Of a stretch of DNA of 64,000 nt, positions 50,970 through 61,367 are shown piece after piece. Source of the DNA: Acidiferrobacterales bacterium (GTDB lineage Bacteria > Pseudomonadota > Gammaproteobacteria > Acidiferrobacterales > SPGG2). Where the stretch lies: positions 11,380 to 75,379 of the forward strand of contig JBHICC010000003.1 in NCBI GenBank assembly GCA_046759385.1, in the 5' to 3' direction. The position numbers were made by a program, and so were the translations under genes. Numbering within the stretch: the stretch's first letter is position 1; the number at the start of each line of letters is the position of its first letter. The notes beneath the pieces are model-generated. The model was not told the origin of the DNA and did no database searches. It worked only from the letters and a program-made list of their open reading frames with translations.

Positions 50970-51563
50970 ATGGAACCCAGTGATGCCAAGCCCAAGCGAG
51001 GCGATGCTTTAGTCATTGTGGATCTGCAAAACGATTTTCTACCCGGCGGCAACCTCGCCGTCCCCCGTGGCGATGAAGTCATCCCGGTTTTGAATCGCTA
51101 CATCGAGGCATTTGAAGCAAGCGGCTTACCCATCTACGCCACCCGCGACTGGCACCCGCAGAACCACTGCTCGTTCAAAGCGCAGGGGGGCATCTGGCCA
51201 CCGCATTGCATCGCTGACAGCCCGGGCGCGCAGTTCGCGCCGGGGTTAAACACACCGCAAGACGCCATCGTGGTTTCGAAAGCGACGACACCCGGAAAAG
51301 ACGCCTACTCCGGATTCGAGGGCACGGATCTCGCAGAACGTCTTCAGAGACAGGGGGTGACGCGCCTGTTCATCGGCGGGCTGGCTACTGACTATTGCGT
51401 CTTAAACACAGTAAGGGATGCACTCAAACACAATTTCACCGTCTTTCTTCTGCGAGACGCCGTTCGTGCAGTAAACGTAGAGCCGGGGGACGGCGAGAAA
51501 GCGGAGCGCGAAATGGAGAACCTCGGCGCCAAGCCGCTTTGTGTAGAAGTACTCGCTGCATGA
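50970..51563 (+). CDS. pncA: nicotinamidase/pyrazinamidase (isochorismatase family)
   Basis: VDLQNDF, and catalytic Cys context GGLATDYCV. Confidence 0.85.
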   Translation: MEPSDAKPKRGDALVIVDLQNDFLPGGNLAVPRGDEVIPVLNRYIEAFEASGLPIYATRDWHPQNHCSFKAQGGIWPPHCIADSPGAQFAPGLNTPQDAIVVSKATTPGKDAYSGFEGTDLAERLQRQGVTRLFIGGLATDYCVLNTVRDALKHNFTVFLLRDAVRAVNVEPGDGEKAEREMENLGAKPLCVEVLAA

Positions 51564-52915
51564 ATGCCTCATCCAATGCCCTGCTCACCGATTTGTACAT
51601 GCTCACGATGCTGCAGGGTTTCTATGAGCAGGGCATGGGAGAAACCGCGGTCTATGAGTTCTTTGTCCGCCAACTGCCTCCCGACCGCGGGTTTTTGGTT
51701 GCGGCCGGACTCGAGCAGGCACTTGAGTACCTGGAGAGCTTTCGTTTCGATCAAACGTCACTGAACTACTTGGTTGACACGGGCCAATTCACGCAGCCCT
51801 TCGTTGATCATTTGGCGCAGTTGCGCTTTAGGGGTGATGTGCATGCGATGCCCGAAGGCACGGTGTTCTTTCCCAACGAGCCGATTCTCCGTGTCACCGC
51901 GTCACTCCCGGAGGCCCAGCTTGTGGAGACGCGGCTCATCAATTTGCTTCACTTTCAGACACTCATCGCCTCCAAAGCGGCGCGCTGCGCCCTGGTCGCG
52001 CCTGGCAAGGTGCTCGTCGACTTCGGGCTGCGGCGTGCGCACGGCGCTGAAGCCGGTCTTCTGGCGGCACGTGCCAGCTATCTCGCCGGCTTCACGGGTA
52101 CAGCCACGGTGCTGGGGGGTCAGCTATTTGATATTCCGATCTTCGGCACCATGGCACATTCTTTCGTACAGGCCCATGCTACTGAAGCCGAGGCCTTCGA
52201 GCACTTTGCGCATGCCCAACCGGATAACGTTGTGCTGCTTATCGATACCTACGACACCGAGGCGGCTGCGAGGACGGTAGTCGAACTGGCTCCACAACTT
52301 AAGAATAAAGGTATTGCCATCAAGGGCGTGCGCCTCGACAGCGGGGACTTAGTTGACCACGCCAAGAAGGTCCGAAAGATTCTCGATGACGGTGGGCTCA
52401 CCGATACCACTATCTTTAGCAGCGGCAACTTGGACGAGCTCGCGTTACGCGAGCTGCTTGATCGAGGTGCGCCCATTGACGGTTTCGGTATTGGCACACG
52501 GTTGGATACGTCGGCCGACGCGCCCTATCTCGACTGTGCGTACAAGCTTGTTGAGTATGCCGGGCACCCTCGGCGCAAGCGCTCCGAGGGTAAGGCCACC
52601 TGGCCAGGCCGAAAACAAGTGTACCGTTCTTTTGATGACGCTAGGCGCATGCGCAGCGACGTGCTAACGACAGATGCCGATGACAGTGCCGACGAACCTC
52701 TGATCGAGCTTGTGATGCAGGAGGGAAAACGTGTGCCCTCTTACGAGTCACTTATCGCTGCGCGGGCGCGTGCCGCTGAGCAACTGTCCTGCTTGCCGGC
52801 GCACCTGCAAAAGCTCGAGATCGACCCGTCCTATCCGGTCCATGTATCCGATGCGCTACGGGAGCTTGCGCGGCAGGCGGATCGCGAGATCACAGAACAT
52901 CGTGCTCTAAGCTAG
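51560..52915 (+). CDS. pncB: nicotinate phosphoribosyltransferase
   Basis: ORF 51395..52915 is over-extended. ATG 51560 (ATGA overlap with the pncA stop) gives MNASSNALLTDLYMLTMLQGF, a typical NAPRTase N-terminus. Confidence 0.88.
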   Translation: MNASSNALLTDLYMLTMLQGFYEQGMGETAVYEFFVRQLPPDRGFLVAAGLEQALEYLESFRFDQTSLNYLVDTGQFTQPFVDHLAQLRFRGDVHAMPEGTVFFPNEPILRVTASLPEAQLVETRLINLLHFQTLIASKAARCALVAPGKVLVDFGLRRAHGAEAGLLAARASYLAGFTGTATVLGGQLFDIPIFGTMAHSFVQAHATEAEAFEHFAHAQPDNVVLLIDTYDTEAAARTVVELAPQLKNKGIAIKGVRLDSGDLVDHAKKVRKILDDGGLTDTTIFSSGNLDELALRELLDRGAPIDGFGIGTRLDTSADAPYLDCAYKLVEYAGHPRRKRSEGKATWPGRKQVYRSFDDARRMRSDVLTTDADDSADEPLIELVMQEGKRVPSYESLIAARARAAEQLSCLPAHLQKLEIDPSYPVHVSDALRELARQADREITEHRALS

Positions 52916-54754
52916 ATGACCGATACGCCTTTCACCGCCGACATTGCCCAGCATATTTGGGACACCAAGTACCGCTATCGGGACGGCAACGTTATTCACG
53001 ACCGAACGATCGAAGACACATGGCATCGGATCGCGAAAGCTTTGGCGAACGTGGAAGTGCGGGACCGCGACACCTGGACAGAGCGCTTCTACAACGTGTT
53101 GCAGGGTTTCAAGTTCTTGCCGGGTGGTCGTATCCAGGCAGGTGCCGGCACGGCAAAACGGGTGACCCTGTTTAATTGTTTCGTTATGGGCATGATTCAC
53201 GATTCGATGGAAAGCATCTTTGAGAATCTGAAGGAGGGCGCATTGACGATGCAACAGGGAGGTGGGGTCGGTTATGACTTCTCGACCTTGCGTCCTCACG
53301 GCACCCGCGCGCGCAGCACAGGAAGCATTGCCTCCGGACCCGTCTCGTTCATGCGCATCTGGGACAGCATGTGCGCTACCTTACTATCTACCGGCGCTCG
53401 GCGAGGCGCGATGATGGCAACCTTGCGTTGTGATCATCCCGACATCGAGACGTTTGTCGCCGCCAAGCAAGACAGCCGCGAGCTCCGACACTTTAACCTG
53501 TCAGTGCAGGTAACCGATGATTTCATGGAAGCGGTCAAGCGCAACGAAGATTGGGCATTAGTCTTTCCGACTGCAGAGCTTGGCGAGCGGCCCGCGACCG
53601 AGGAGACGATCGATCGACGCTGGTCGGGGCAAGCGGTGCCGGCGCCGTGCCAGGTGCTACGGCGCGTACGCGCACGTATGCTCTGGGATAAAATCATGCG
53701 CGCGACCTATGAATACGCCGAGCCGGGGGTGTTGTTTATAGATCGTATCAATCGGATGAACAACCTCTGGTATCGGGAGCACATCACCGCGACCAATCCC
53801 TGTGGTGAGCTGCCGCTTCCCCCCTACGGGGCTTGTGACCTGGGCGCGATCAACCTAACCCGTTTCGTTCACAACCCCTTCTCCGACGATGCGCGCCTAG
53901 ATATCGAAGGTATCAGTGCTACAGCGGCTTTAGCGACCAGGATGCTCGACAACGTAATTGAGATCTCGCAGTTTCCGCTGTTGCAGCAAGCCGAGCAGGC
54001 GCGGGGTACCCGGCGCATTGGTCTTGGTTTAACGGGTCTGGCTGATACCATGATTATGTTAGGGTTACACTACGGCAAATCGCAGACCCGCGAGCTCGCA
54101 GCGGACGCGATGCGTGCGATCTGTCATTCAGCGTATCGCACGTCGGTTACACTCGCACGAGAAAAGGGAGGCTTTCCTTTCCTAGAGAAAGAACAGCACC
54201 TTCAGGGGTCGTTTATCCGCAGCCTGCCGAAAGACATTCAGAGCGGCATCGCCAACTACGGTATCCGCAACAGCCACCTTACGACAATCGCGCCGACCGG
54301 CACAATTAGCCTGCTCGCAAACAATATCTCAAGCGGTATCGAGCCAGTCTACGACTTTTCTTATTCTAGGCGTGTACTGGAGGCCGAAGGCGGTTACGCA
54401 ACCTATAATCTGCATGATTACGCCTACAGTCAGTGGCGAGAGAACAACGATGCGAATCAATCGCTACCCGATCAATTTGTCGATGCACGAGGCCTTTCAC
54501 CGGCGGCGCATCTCGATATGCAGGCCACGGTTCAGCCCTATGTCGACAATGCCATCTCAAAGACAATTAGCATCCCAGAGGATTACAGTTTTGACGAGTT
54601 CCGTTCCGTTTATGAAGGCGCGTATGACAAAGACCTTAAGGGTTGCACGACGTTTCGGCCGAACCCGGTAACGGGCGCGGTGCTAACCGACGAGGGGGCT
54701 GAGGATGGCATCATTGCCCCACATTGCTGCAGTATCGAACGTGAAGCGGATTGA
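52916..54754 (+). CDS. nrdJ: adenosylcobalamin-dependent (class II) ribonucleotide reductase
   Basis: TNPCGE thiyl-radical loop. N-terminus …IWDTKYRY…. C-terminal redox Cys pair (PHCCSIE). ATG directly follows the pncB TAG. Confidence 0.9.
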   Translation: MTDTPFTADIAQHIWDTKYRYRDGNVIHDRTIEDTWHRIAKALANVEVRDRDTWTERFYNVLQGFKFLPGGRIQAGAGTAKRVTLFNCFVMGMIHDSMESIFENLKEGALTMQQGGGVGYDFSTLRPHGTRARSTGSIASGPVSFMRIWDSMCATLLSTGARRGAMMATLRCDHPDIETFVAAKQDSRELRHFNLSVQVTDDFMEAVKRNEDWALVFPTAELGERPATEETIDRRWSGQAVPAPCQVLRRVRARMLWDKIMRATYEYAEPGVLFIDRINRMNNLWYREHITATNPCGELPLPPYGACDLGAINLTRFVHNPFSDDARLDIEGISATAALATRMLDNVIEISQFPLLQQAEQARGTRRIGLGLTGLADTMIMLGLHYGKSQTRELAADAMRAICHSAYRTSVTLAREKGGFPFLEKEQHLQGSFIRSLPKDIQSGIANYGIRNSHLTTIAPTGTISLLANNISSGIEPVYDFSYSRRVLEAEGGYATYNLHDYAYSQWRENNDANQSLPDQFVDARGLSPAAHLDMQATVQPYVDNAISKTISIPEDYSFDEFRSVYEGAYDKDLKGCTTFRPNPVTGAVLTDEGAEDGIIAPHCCSIEREAD

Positions 54755-54757
54755 GCT

Positions 54758-56143
54758 GTGAGTACGCGTAAGCGAATCTTTGTCCTCGACACGAATGTCT
54801 TGATTCACGATCCGACGGCGCTGCTTCGGTTTCAGGGACATGACGTCTATTTGCCTATCGTTGTGCTTGAGGAGCTTGATGCGGCTAAGGTCGGAATGTC
54901 GGAGGTAGCACGTAACGTGCGCCAAGTTAGTCGCTTTCTCGATGATCTGGTCGAGCACGCCAACGGGGACATATCGAGCGGTGTGGAGTTGCCCGGGGTT
55001 GCGAAAAACGCCAATGCTGGGCGCTTGTATTTCTACTCCGAAGCCGTCAGGAGCGCCTTGCCGAACGGGCTATCGCCAGAGAACAACGATAACACTTTGC
55101 TCGGCATTACACTCGATCTTGACAAGGCCCATCCTGACGGCGACGTCACGTTAATCTCCAAGGACATTAATCTCCGGATTAAGGCGCATGCGCTTGGTAT
55201 CCGCGCTGAAGACTACACAAGCGATCAGGTGCTGGATGATGCTGATTTACTCTATAGCGGCATGGAAAAGCTTGACGACAAGGCCTGGGGTACCGTAACA
55301 CAACCAAAATCGAGACGTGGCGAGCGCAAGGACGCCCCTTACCCCATCGATAATCCTCGAACCAGAGGCTGGTTTCCCAATCAGTTTCTTTATTTCGAAA
55401 GCGAACCCGCTTTGATCGTGCGACAGCATGATTCGTTGTCGGCCTCGCTCGAACCCATCACAGACTATGTGCACGATCAACACAGCGTCTGGGGCATTAA
55501 TGCACGCAACCGCGAGCAGAATTTCGCGCTGAACCTCCTAATGGATCCGCGGATTGACATTGTCACACTCCTTGGCCATGCCGGCACCGGCAAGACGTTA
55601 CTCACCTTAGCAGCCGGGCTCGCGCAAACACTGGAGGACAAGCGTTACACTGAGATCGTTGTAACACGAGTTACCGTCCCCGTGGGCGAGGACATCGGGT
55701 TCCTTCCGGGTACTGAAGAGGAAAAAATGGAACCCTGGATGGGCGCGCTCGAAGATAATCTCGATGTGCTCCACGAAACCGGTAGTCACAGTCACGGATC
55801 GTGGGGCCGGGCGGCCACACACGATTTCATACGTAACCGGGTTCGCTTGAAATCACTGAACTTTATGCGCGGTCGCACTTTCTTGAAAAAATACATCATC
55901 ATCGACGAGGCCCAGAACCTGACACCGCATCAAATGAAAACACTCATCACACGTGCCGGCCCCGGCAGCAAGGTCGTATGCCTTGGCAACATCGCTCAAA
56001 TCGACACACCCTACCTGACGGAGACCACCTCAGGCCTCACCTACGCGGTGGACCGTTTCAAAGAGTGGGATCACAGCGGTCACGTTACCTTGCGTCGTGG
56101 TGAACGTTCGCGCTTGGCTGACTACGCTAGCACGATCTTGTAA
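54758..56143 (+). CDS. PIN-domain + PhoH-like ATPase fusion (PhoH2/YlaK type)
   Basis: PIN N-terminus (IFVLDTNVLIHDP…VVLEELD). Walker A GHAGTGKT. IIIDEAQN Walker B. GTG start 3 nt after the nrdJ stop. Confidence 0.88.
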   Translation: MSTRKRIFVLDTNVLIHDPTALLRFQGHDVYLPIVVLEELDAAKVGMSEVARNVRQVSRFLDDLVEHANGDISSGVELPGVAKNANAGRLYFYSEAVRSALPNGLSPENNDNTLLGITLDLDKAHPDGDVTLISKDINLRIKAHALGIRAEDYTSDQVLDDADLLYSGMEKLDDKAWGTVTQPKSRRGERKDAPYPIDNPRTRGWFPNQFLYFESEPALIVRQHDSLSASLEPITDYVHDQHSVWGINARNREQNFALNLLMDPRIDIVTLLGHAGTGKTLLTLAAGLAQTLEDKRYTEIVVTRVTVPVGEDIGFLPGTEEEKMEPWMGALEDNLDVLHETGSHSHGSWGRAATHDFIRNRVRLKSLNFMRGRTFLKKYIIIDEAQNLTPHQMKTLITRAGPGSKVVCLGNIAQIDTPYLTETTSGLTYAVDRFKEWDHSGHVTLRRGERSRLADYASTIL

Positions 56144-56212
56144 CGCGCCTCGGCACTGGCAGTTTCATAGATCTGGAGTGAGCCTTACGGCTCACGACTA
56201 ACGGTTAGCGAA

Positions 56213-57400
56213 CTAAAAGCCGTCCAGCTTGAGCTTGAGGTCAGTGGCGCTGGTAGCGTGTTGTAGGGCAATTTCGTCATCGATCTCGCCGTGTTTAAAG
56301 AGATCGAACAGACATTGATCGAAGCTCAACATGCCTTCCGCCAACGTTCCTTTCTTAATGAGGTCGGAAAGATCCTTGACCTTGAGTGGATCGAGAATCA
56401 GCTCGCGTGCCAGAGCTGATACCGTCATAACCTCACACGCGACAATTCGCCCTTGACCGGATTTCGTCGGAATAAGGCGCTGTGCGACGATGCCGTAGAG
56501 ATTCTGCGCGAGCTTGCCGCGGATGCTCGCCTGGGCTTCGGGCGGAAAGACGGTGATGATGCGCGGGATCGCTTCAGCCACGGCGGGCGCGTGCATGGTG
56601 GACAACACCAGGTGGCCGGTTTCGGCCGCCGTTAGTGCGGTCTCGATCGTTTCGGGGTCGCGCATTTCACCGAGCAGAATTACGTCCGGGTCTTCACGCA
56701 TTGCGGCACGCATGGCGTCGGCAAAGGTATTGGTGTCCATACCGATCTCGCGCTGCGTGATGATGGAGCGGCGTTCGGTGAACAAGAACTCGATCGGGTC
56801 CTCGATGGTAATGATGTGCTTAGTTCGCGACAGGTTGATTTCGTTAGTCAATGACGCCAGGGTTGTCGACTTACCGGAACCGGTCGCGCCCGTTACCAGC
56901 ACCAAGCCGCGTTCTTGCTTCACAAGGTTAACTACAATATCAGGTAGCTTGAGCTCCTGCGGTCGTGGAATGTCGGTGCTGATGACACGCAGCACCAAAC
57001 CGACGCTGCCGCGCTGCTGAAAGATGTTCGCACGCACACGCCCGATGTCCTTGAAGCCGAAGGACAGGTCGACCTGGTGATCGCGTTCGAAGTCGGTGAC
57101 ATGCCGTGCCGACATCATCGTGCGCGCGATCCTGTCCAACATATCCGGCGGGAACGCGGGAATCTCGCGCACAGCACGCAGAACACCGTCAATACGCAGA
57201 ATCGGATGGTTACGGGCGCGAAGGTGTACGTCCGAGGCCTTGTGCCGGACGGCCAACATTAATACCTGGCCGAGCATTCGGAGGGGATCCGTGGTTGCAG
57301 CGGTCGCCGCTCCTCCGTCGTCACCGGCGATCGCCCTATTTGTCGCTTCAACCATCGTTTCTAAATATAGCCTATCGACTAAGTGCTGTAACGAAAGCAA
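56213..57400 (-). CDS. PilT/PilU-family type IV pilus retraction ATPase homologue
   Basis: Walker A GATGSGKST, Asp box AMREDPDVILLGEMRD, His box GHLVLSTMHA. About 50-aa N-terminal extension. No other pil genes nearby. Confidence 0.85.
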   Translation of the reverse strand: MLSLQHLVDRLYLETMVEATNRAIAGDDGGAATAATTDPLRMLGQVLMLAVRHKASDVHLRARNHPILRIDGVLRAVREIPAFPPDMLDRIARTMMSARHVTDFERDHQVDLSFGFKDIGRVRANIFQQRGSVGLVLRVISTDIPRPQELKLPDIVVNLVKQERGLVLVTGATGSGKSTTLASLTNEINLSRTKHIITIEDPIEFLFTERRSIITQREIGMDTNTFADAMRAAMREDPDVILLGEMRDPETIETALTAAETGHLVLSTMHAPAVAEAIPRIITVFPPEAQASIRGKLAQNLYGIVAQRLIPTKSGQGRIVACEVMTVSALARELILDPLKVKDLSDLIKKGTLAEGMLSFDQCLFDLFKHGEIDDEIALQHATSATDLKLKLDGF

Positions 57401-57779
57401 CTGCTGCTAGCGGGTCGCCAAAAAAACCATAAGTTATTCTTTTAACTTAGAAAATATAAGAACGGGTGGGTACACATGTGGCATAGTAGCGGCTATGGTG
57501 GCAAGGCATACTCCTCTCCGCCACGTTGACAAGAGCGGGGATGACGACATTTATGCCAAGAGCAGGTTCGTTTCGGTGCGAGTGGCTGGGAGTTTTGTAC
57601 TTAATATATCCCCTTAGCCCTTCTCTTCGCCGGGCCCGTCGTGTGGTCGTTGTCTAGAGCTTTGAGTCAGGCCAGTTCGATGACCTGGAAGGGCCGGCGC
57701 ACAAGATTCTGATGGATGAAGACGAACCGGAATCTGCCCAAGATCAGCACCGTCCGAGCGCGTAAAAGGTCACGTTGAG

Positions 57780-58103
57780 TTATTTCTTGCCTTCGATCAC
57801 GTCGTCAGCCCAAGTCAGCGCTGCCACAACGGTGGGGAAACCGATCGTGCTGGCCAGAAGGATCAAGGTGTGATAAATCTCGCCCGCCTTGGCACCGGCC
57901 TCAAGGGCGCGTCGGGTGTGACTGTGGACGGCGCCCTCAGAGCGAATCGCGGCAGCTGCCGAGAGCTGGATTAGGTGTCCAGTTTTTGCATCCAGGGGCC
58001 CTCCTTGCTTAGCGGCTTGACCAAGCGCTTCGACCGCATCCATGAACGTAGCGTGTTTTTCTTTTAAAGCAAGGTAAGCCTTCGATCGGATTTCCCCCAT
58101 CAT
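57780..58103 (-). CDS. carboxymuconolactone decarboxylase (CMD/AhpD-fold) family protein, Cys-less
   Basis: About 107 aa with the CMD-type helix pattern …LIQLSAAAAIRSEGAVHSHTRRAL…. No cysteine in the sequence, so it is not an AhpD-type CxxC protein. Confidence 0.7.
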   Translation of the reverse strand: MMGEIRSKAYLALKEKHATFMDAVEALGQAAKQGGPLDAKTGHLIQLSAAAAIRSEGAVHSHTRRALEAGAKAGEIYHTLILLASTIGFPTVVAALTWADDVIEGKK

Positions 58104-58139
58104 GTTCTCCTTTCTATCAATCTAGGTTGCTAAATGTTG

Positions 58140-58823
58140 CTATTGTAATAGAGGTCTCCGCCCAAGTCTTTCGATCTCTTGCTTTTCCAACGCTACGAAG
58201 TCCCTGGTCAGTTGAGCTATCTCCCGGTAGAACGATGACTCCGCGTCGCCTATCACTTTCTCACAAAACCCGGGGACCCACTGAGCGAGGTGTTGGTCGA
58301 CGAATTCTTTTTCGACCGCCAACCATTGCATCGCCTCAGCGCAGGCTTCTCGCTTCCAGGCTTGAGCCTCCGCTTCTGTGATCTTTTGCATGAACTCTAG
58401 TTCCGTGCTGATATGATCGGGCAGCCCATGATAGCCGGATCGAAATTCAACACCTGCAGACTCAAGGAAGGCCTGCACTTGAATCGTTGACTTCCCCCAC
58501 AGACCCTCGCCATCGGCGAGCGTATGCACGGATTCGTGCGGGGAAATATGCTTGCCAGGACCGAGAAACAGCCGCGTGTATTCACATGAAAGCTTAGCTA
58601 ACAGTGGTTCCTCGGGAGAGCCTAGAAAAGACTCGTCGAACCTGACGCCGACGTCATTGAGCGCCCGAAGAAATGCCGGGTCTCTTATTTGCCTTAACAA
58701 TTCGATTGTCGGCACGTCCCGATACGCGGTGGCCAGCAAACCATAGACGTTACTGCGCTCTGTGGTCTGCTGAACCATCCTCTCCGGATTAGGGAGACGT
58801 GTTTGACCATTGCTTGTGGCCAT
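58140..58823 (-). CDS. TorD/DmsD-family redox-enzyme maturation chaperone
   Basis: Size, helical character and position immediately (3-nt gap) after the molybdoenzyme catalytic gene. Family recognised from memory only. Confidence 0.7.
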   Translation of the reverse strand: MATSNGQTRLPNPERMVQQTTERSNVYGLLATAYRDVPTIELLRQIRDPAFLRALNDVGVRFDESFLGSPEEPLLAKLSCEYTRLFLGPGKHISPHESVHTLADGEGLWGKSTIQVQAFLESAGVEFRSGYHGLPDHISTELEFMQKITEAEAQAWKREACAEAMQWLAVEKEFVDQHLAQWVPGFCEKVIGDAESSFYREIAQLTRDFVALEKQEIERLGRRPLLQ

Positions 58824-58826
58824 CGG

Positions 58827-61355
58827 CTACACTTTGTTCACCTCAACGACGGTGTCCATCCACCGCTGTTGACCGTTCACTGGATCCGGTTTGTTGGGGA
58901 TCAGCCAGTTCGGATGGGCGCCATTATCTTTCCACCACTTGAGCTTGAGGTCACGATCGGAGCCCTCACCCATTGGCGACTTGTTGCCAGAAGCATAACG
59001 CCCATACTCCCAGTGTCCACAGTGAAACGAGATGGCAACGACACCGGGGAACACAGCCGGTGTGACCCGTGCCTTGGTTTCGATCCCGCCGATCTCGGAG
59101 CGCACGCGGATGACATCCCCGTCCTTGATCCCGAGCCGCTCCGCGCTCTGCGGATTTAGCCAGGCCGGATTCTCGTGATAGATCTCAGTCAGCCACTTGC
59201 AGTTCTGCGTGCGCGAGTGGGTTTGCACATTGACCTTGAACGTCGTGAGAATCAATTGATTTGATCTCATATCCTTATGCTCGGGTACAGCGGTATAGGT
59301 CGGCAAGGCTGGCAGGCCCTTCTCCTTCATGAGATCGGAATAGAGCTCGAAGAAACCGGACTTGTTCACCTTGTCAGGCTTGTAGCCGGTATAGACGCTG
59401 TCACCGATTTTCTGACCGACGTAACCTTTGTACGCATTCTTCGTGTGCATGTAGCCCGTGGCACGTGCCTCGTCCTCGCTCTTGGCCTTGGACTTCTTCC
59501 AGTTCCAGTAAACACCAGTCGCTGCATCGTAGATCACGCCGTCCTTGCCTACGGCAGACGCTGCCATTTGCTTCTTGTAGCCGTAGTATTTGGGCTTCAC
59601 CTTCGGGTCGTGCCACACGCCATGCGCTTTCATGTACTCGAAACCGCCGGCTTCCTTGACCCCGGGTGTCTTCTCGCACGATTTCTTGACGAACTCCTCC
59701 TTCGACTTGACGCCAAGCGGAAAACCCATACGCTCGGCGAGCTCGCAACACACATCGCCGAAGTCACGCACCTCGCCGAGCGGCGTCACCACCGGCTGCC
59801 GCAAGTAGTACTCGGGAACTTGCTTGGGCGAGACCATGTCCTCCCAGTCCCAACGCTCAAGATAGGTCGCGTCGGGGAGAATGAGATCCGCCAGTGCCGC
59901 CGACTCGTCATAAGACGTCGTGACGGCAACCGTGTAGGGGATCAGGCTCTCATCCTTCAGGATTTCGATGTTCTCCTGGCAGTTCCCATTCGAGTACACC
60001 GGCTGATAGCAGTACCACATGTACACGTCGGGCCGGCCCGCACTGCCGTCTTTGATCATCTTGAGCACCTGATGACTGACATGGTGCGTCGGCAACGCCG
60101 CTTGTCCCGGAAAGCCGTCGATGATCTTAAGCTTCTTCGCCTTGGGCTTGTGCTTTGGTCCCTTTGGGTACTTCCATTTCGCGCCCACGCCCTGGCAGCG
60201 GCCTCCAGGATTGTCGACGTTGCCCGTGATGGCAGCAAGCATCTGGATCGCTCGCTCGCTATCATTGCCGTTATAGTGCGCGACGGCACCGCGGTAGCTG
60301 ATGACAACGGCGGGCTTGGCCGTGGCGAACCCGCGCGCGATCGAGCGGATCTTTTCTGCGTTGACGCCGCTCACTTTTTCGGCCCACTCGGGCGTGTACT
60401 GCGCCAGATGCGACTTCAGCGCCGCGACCTTCTCGCTCACTGATGCGTTGTGATCTCGCGTCGCCTTGCAGAACTTTAAGAAGGCCTCGCCCTCACCGCG
60501 GTAGAGATCCTCGCTCATGATGACATGGCACATAGCAAGAGCGACTGCCCCATCCGTGCCAGGTTTCACCGGTATCCACTCATTCGACTTCGCCGCGGTA
60601 TTGGACAACCGCACGTCGAAAGTGACCATCTTGACCCGGTTGTCGACTAACGCCCGCACTAATCTATGTGCTACAGAGGTATGATTGGTATGAGCCTCCA
60701 AACAGTTGCTCCCGAAGTTCAAGATGTATCGGGTATTGTCGAAATCCCAGTTATCGTAGTGCTTACCCCAAGTGAGCTCCTGCGCCGTCCATTTGCCCCC
60801 CTCGCAGATGCTCGTGTGGTTACCGATGGTCTTAGTACCATAAGCCCCGAGGAACGCGCTCTTGATGAGCTTGCTGGAGCTGGCCTTCATGCGGCCGTAG
60901 TGGAACATGAACTTCTCGGGATGGCCTTCATCACGCAGCTTCTGCAGCCGCCCGGCTACCTCAGTAAGCGCTTGATCCCAAGAGATCCGCGTCCATTTGC
61001 CCTCGCCGCGCTTGCCGACGCGCTTCATCGGATAAAGCACCCGGTCCGGATCATAGACCTGATTGATGCCGGCATTGCCTCTCGAGCAGATGAACCCCTC
61101 GGTCCTGATGGAGTTGGGCTGGCCGCTTATCTTTACAAGCCTTCCGCCTTCGACATAACCGATCGCCGGACAGCGGGAAACGCATTGCCAACACGCGGTT
61201 GGCACGGCCTTACGCTCTGCGCCCGTGCGCGGTGAGAAGTCCTTGCCCCCTTTCAGCATCGACTTGGCGTTGGCAGCAGTGAGGGCCACGCCGCCGGTTG
61301 CGGCCACCGTGGCCGAGGCGGCTCCAAGCTTCAAGAATTCTCGACGCGTTGTCAT
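58827..61355 (-). CDS. Tat-exported molybdopterin oxidoreductase catalytic subunit (Psr/Phs/Ttr/Arr clade)
   Basis: Twin-arginine signal MTTRREFLKLGAASA. N-terminal 4Fe-4S motif CWQCVSRC…CSRG. Probable Mo-ligand Cys in NHTSICEGG. 842 aa. Confidence 0.9.
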   Translation of the reverse strand: MTTRREFLKLGAASATVAATGGVALTAANAKSMLKGGKDFSPRTGAERKAVPTACWQCVSRCPAIGYVEGGRLVKISGQPNSIRTEGFICSRGNAGINQVYDPDRVLYPMKRVGKRGEGKWTRISWDQALTEVAGRLQKLRDEGHPEKFMFHYGRMKASSSKLIKSAFLGAYGTKTIGNHTSICEGGKWTAQELTWGKHYDNWDFDNTRYILNFGSNCLEAHTNHTSVAHRLVRALVDNRVKMVTFDVRLSNTAAKSNEWIPVKPGTDGAVALAMCHVIMSEDLYRGEGEAFLKFCKATRDHNASVSEKVAALKSHLAQYTPEWAEKVSGVNAEKIRSIARGFATAKPAVVISYRGAVAHYNGNDSERAIQMLAAITGNVDNPGGRCQGVGAKWKYPKGPKHKPKAKKLKIIDGFPGQAALPTHHVSHQVLKMIKDGSAGRPDVYMWYCYQPVYSNGNCQENIEILKDESLIPYTVAVTTSYDESAALADLILPDATYLERWDWEDMVSPKQVPEYYLRQPVVTPLGEVRDFGDVCCELAERMGFPLGVKSKEEFVKKSCEKTPGVKEAGGFEYMKAHGVWHDPKVKPKYYGYKKQMAASAVGKDGVIYDAATGVYWNWKKSKAKSEDEARATGYMHTKNAYKGYVGQKIGDSVYTGYKPDKVNKSGFFELYSDLMKEKGLPALPTYTAVPEHKDMRSNQLILTTFKVNVQTHSRTQNCKWLTEIYHENPAWLNPQSAERLGIKDGDVIRVRSEIGGIETKARVTPAVFPGVVAISFHCGHWEYGRYASGNKSPMGEGSDRDLKLKWWKDNGAHPNWLIPNKPDPVNGQQRWMDTVVEVNKV

Positions 61356-61367
61356 CTTGTCCTCCTT

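Noticed and set aside
57401-57779. 379-bp ORF-free gap between the pilT-like gene and the CMD-family gene, examined for a tRNA, ncRNA or gene remnant
   Set aside because: No tRNA-like T-arm or acceptor pattern, no strong hairpin plus T-tract, and only short acidic ORF fragments. The AT-rich part (57420-57470) is most simply the pilT-like promoter region. Nothing supportable without RNA-seq.
59277-60443. 388-aa plus-strand ORF inside the molybdoenzyme catalytic gene
   Set aside because: It is antisense to an ORF with clear Tat signal, Fe-S and Mo-ligand motifs. Its own product is Arg/Leu/Ala/His-rich with no recognisable motif. This is typical of a stop-poor antisense frame in GC-rich DNA.
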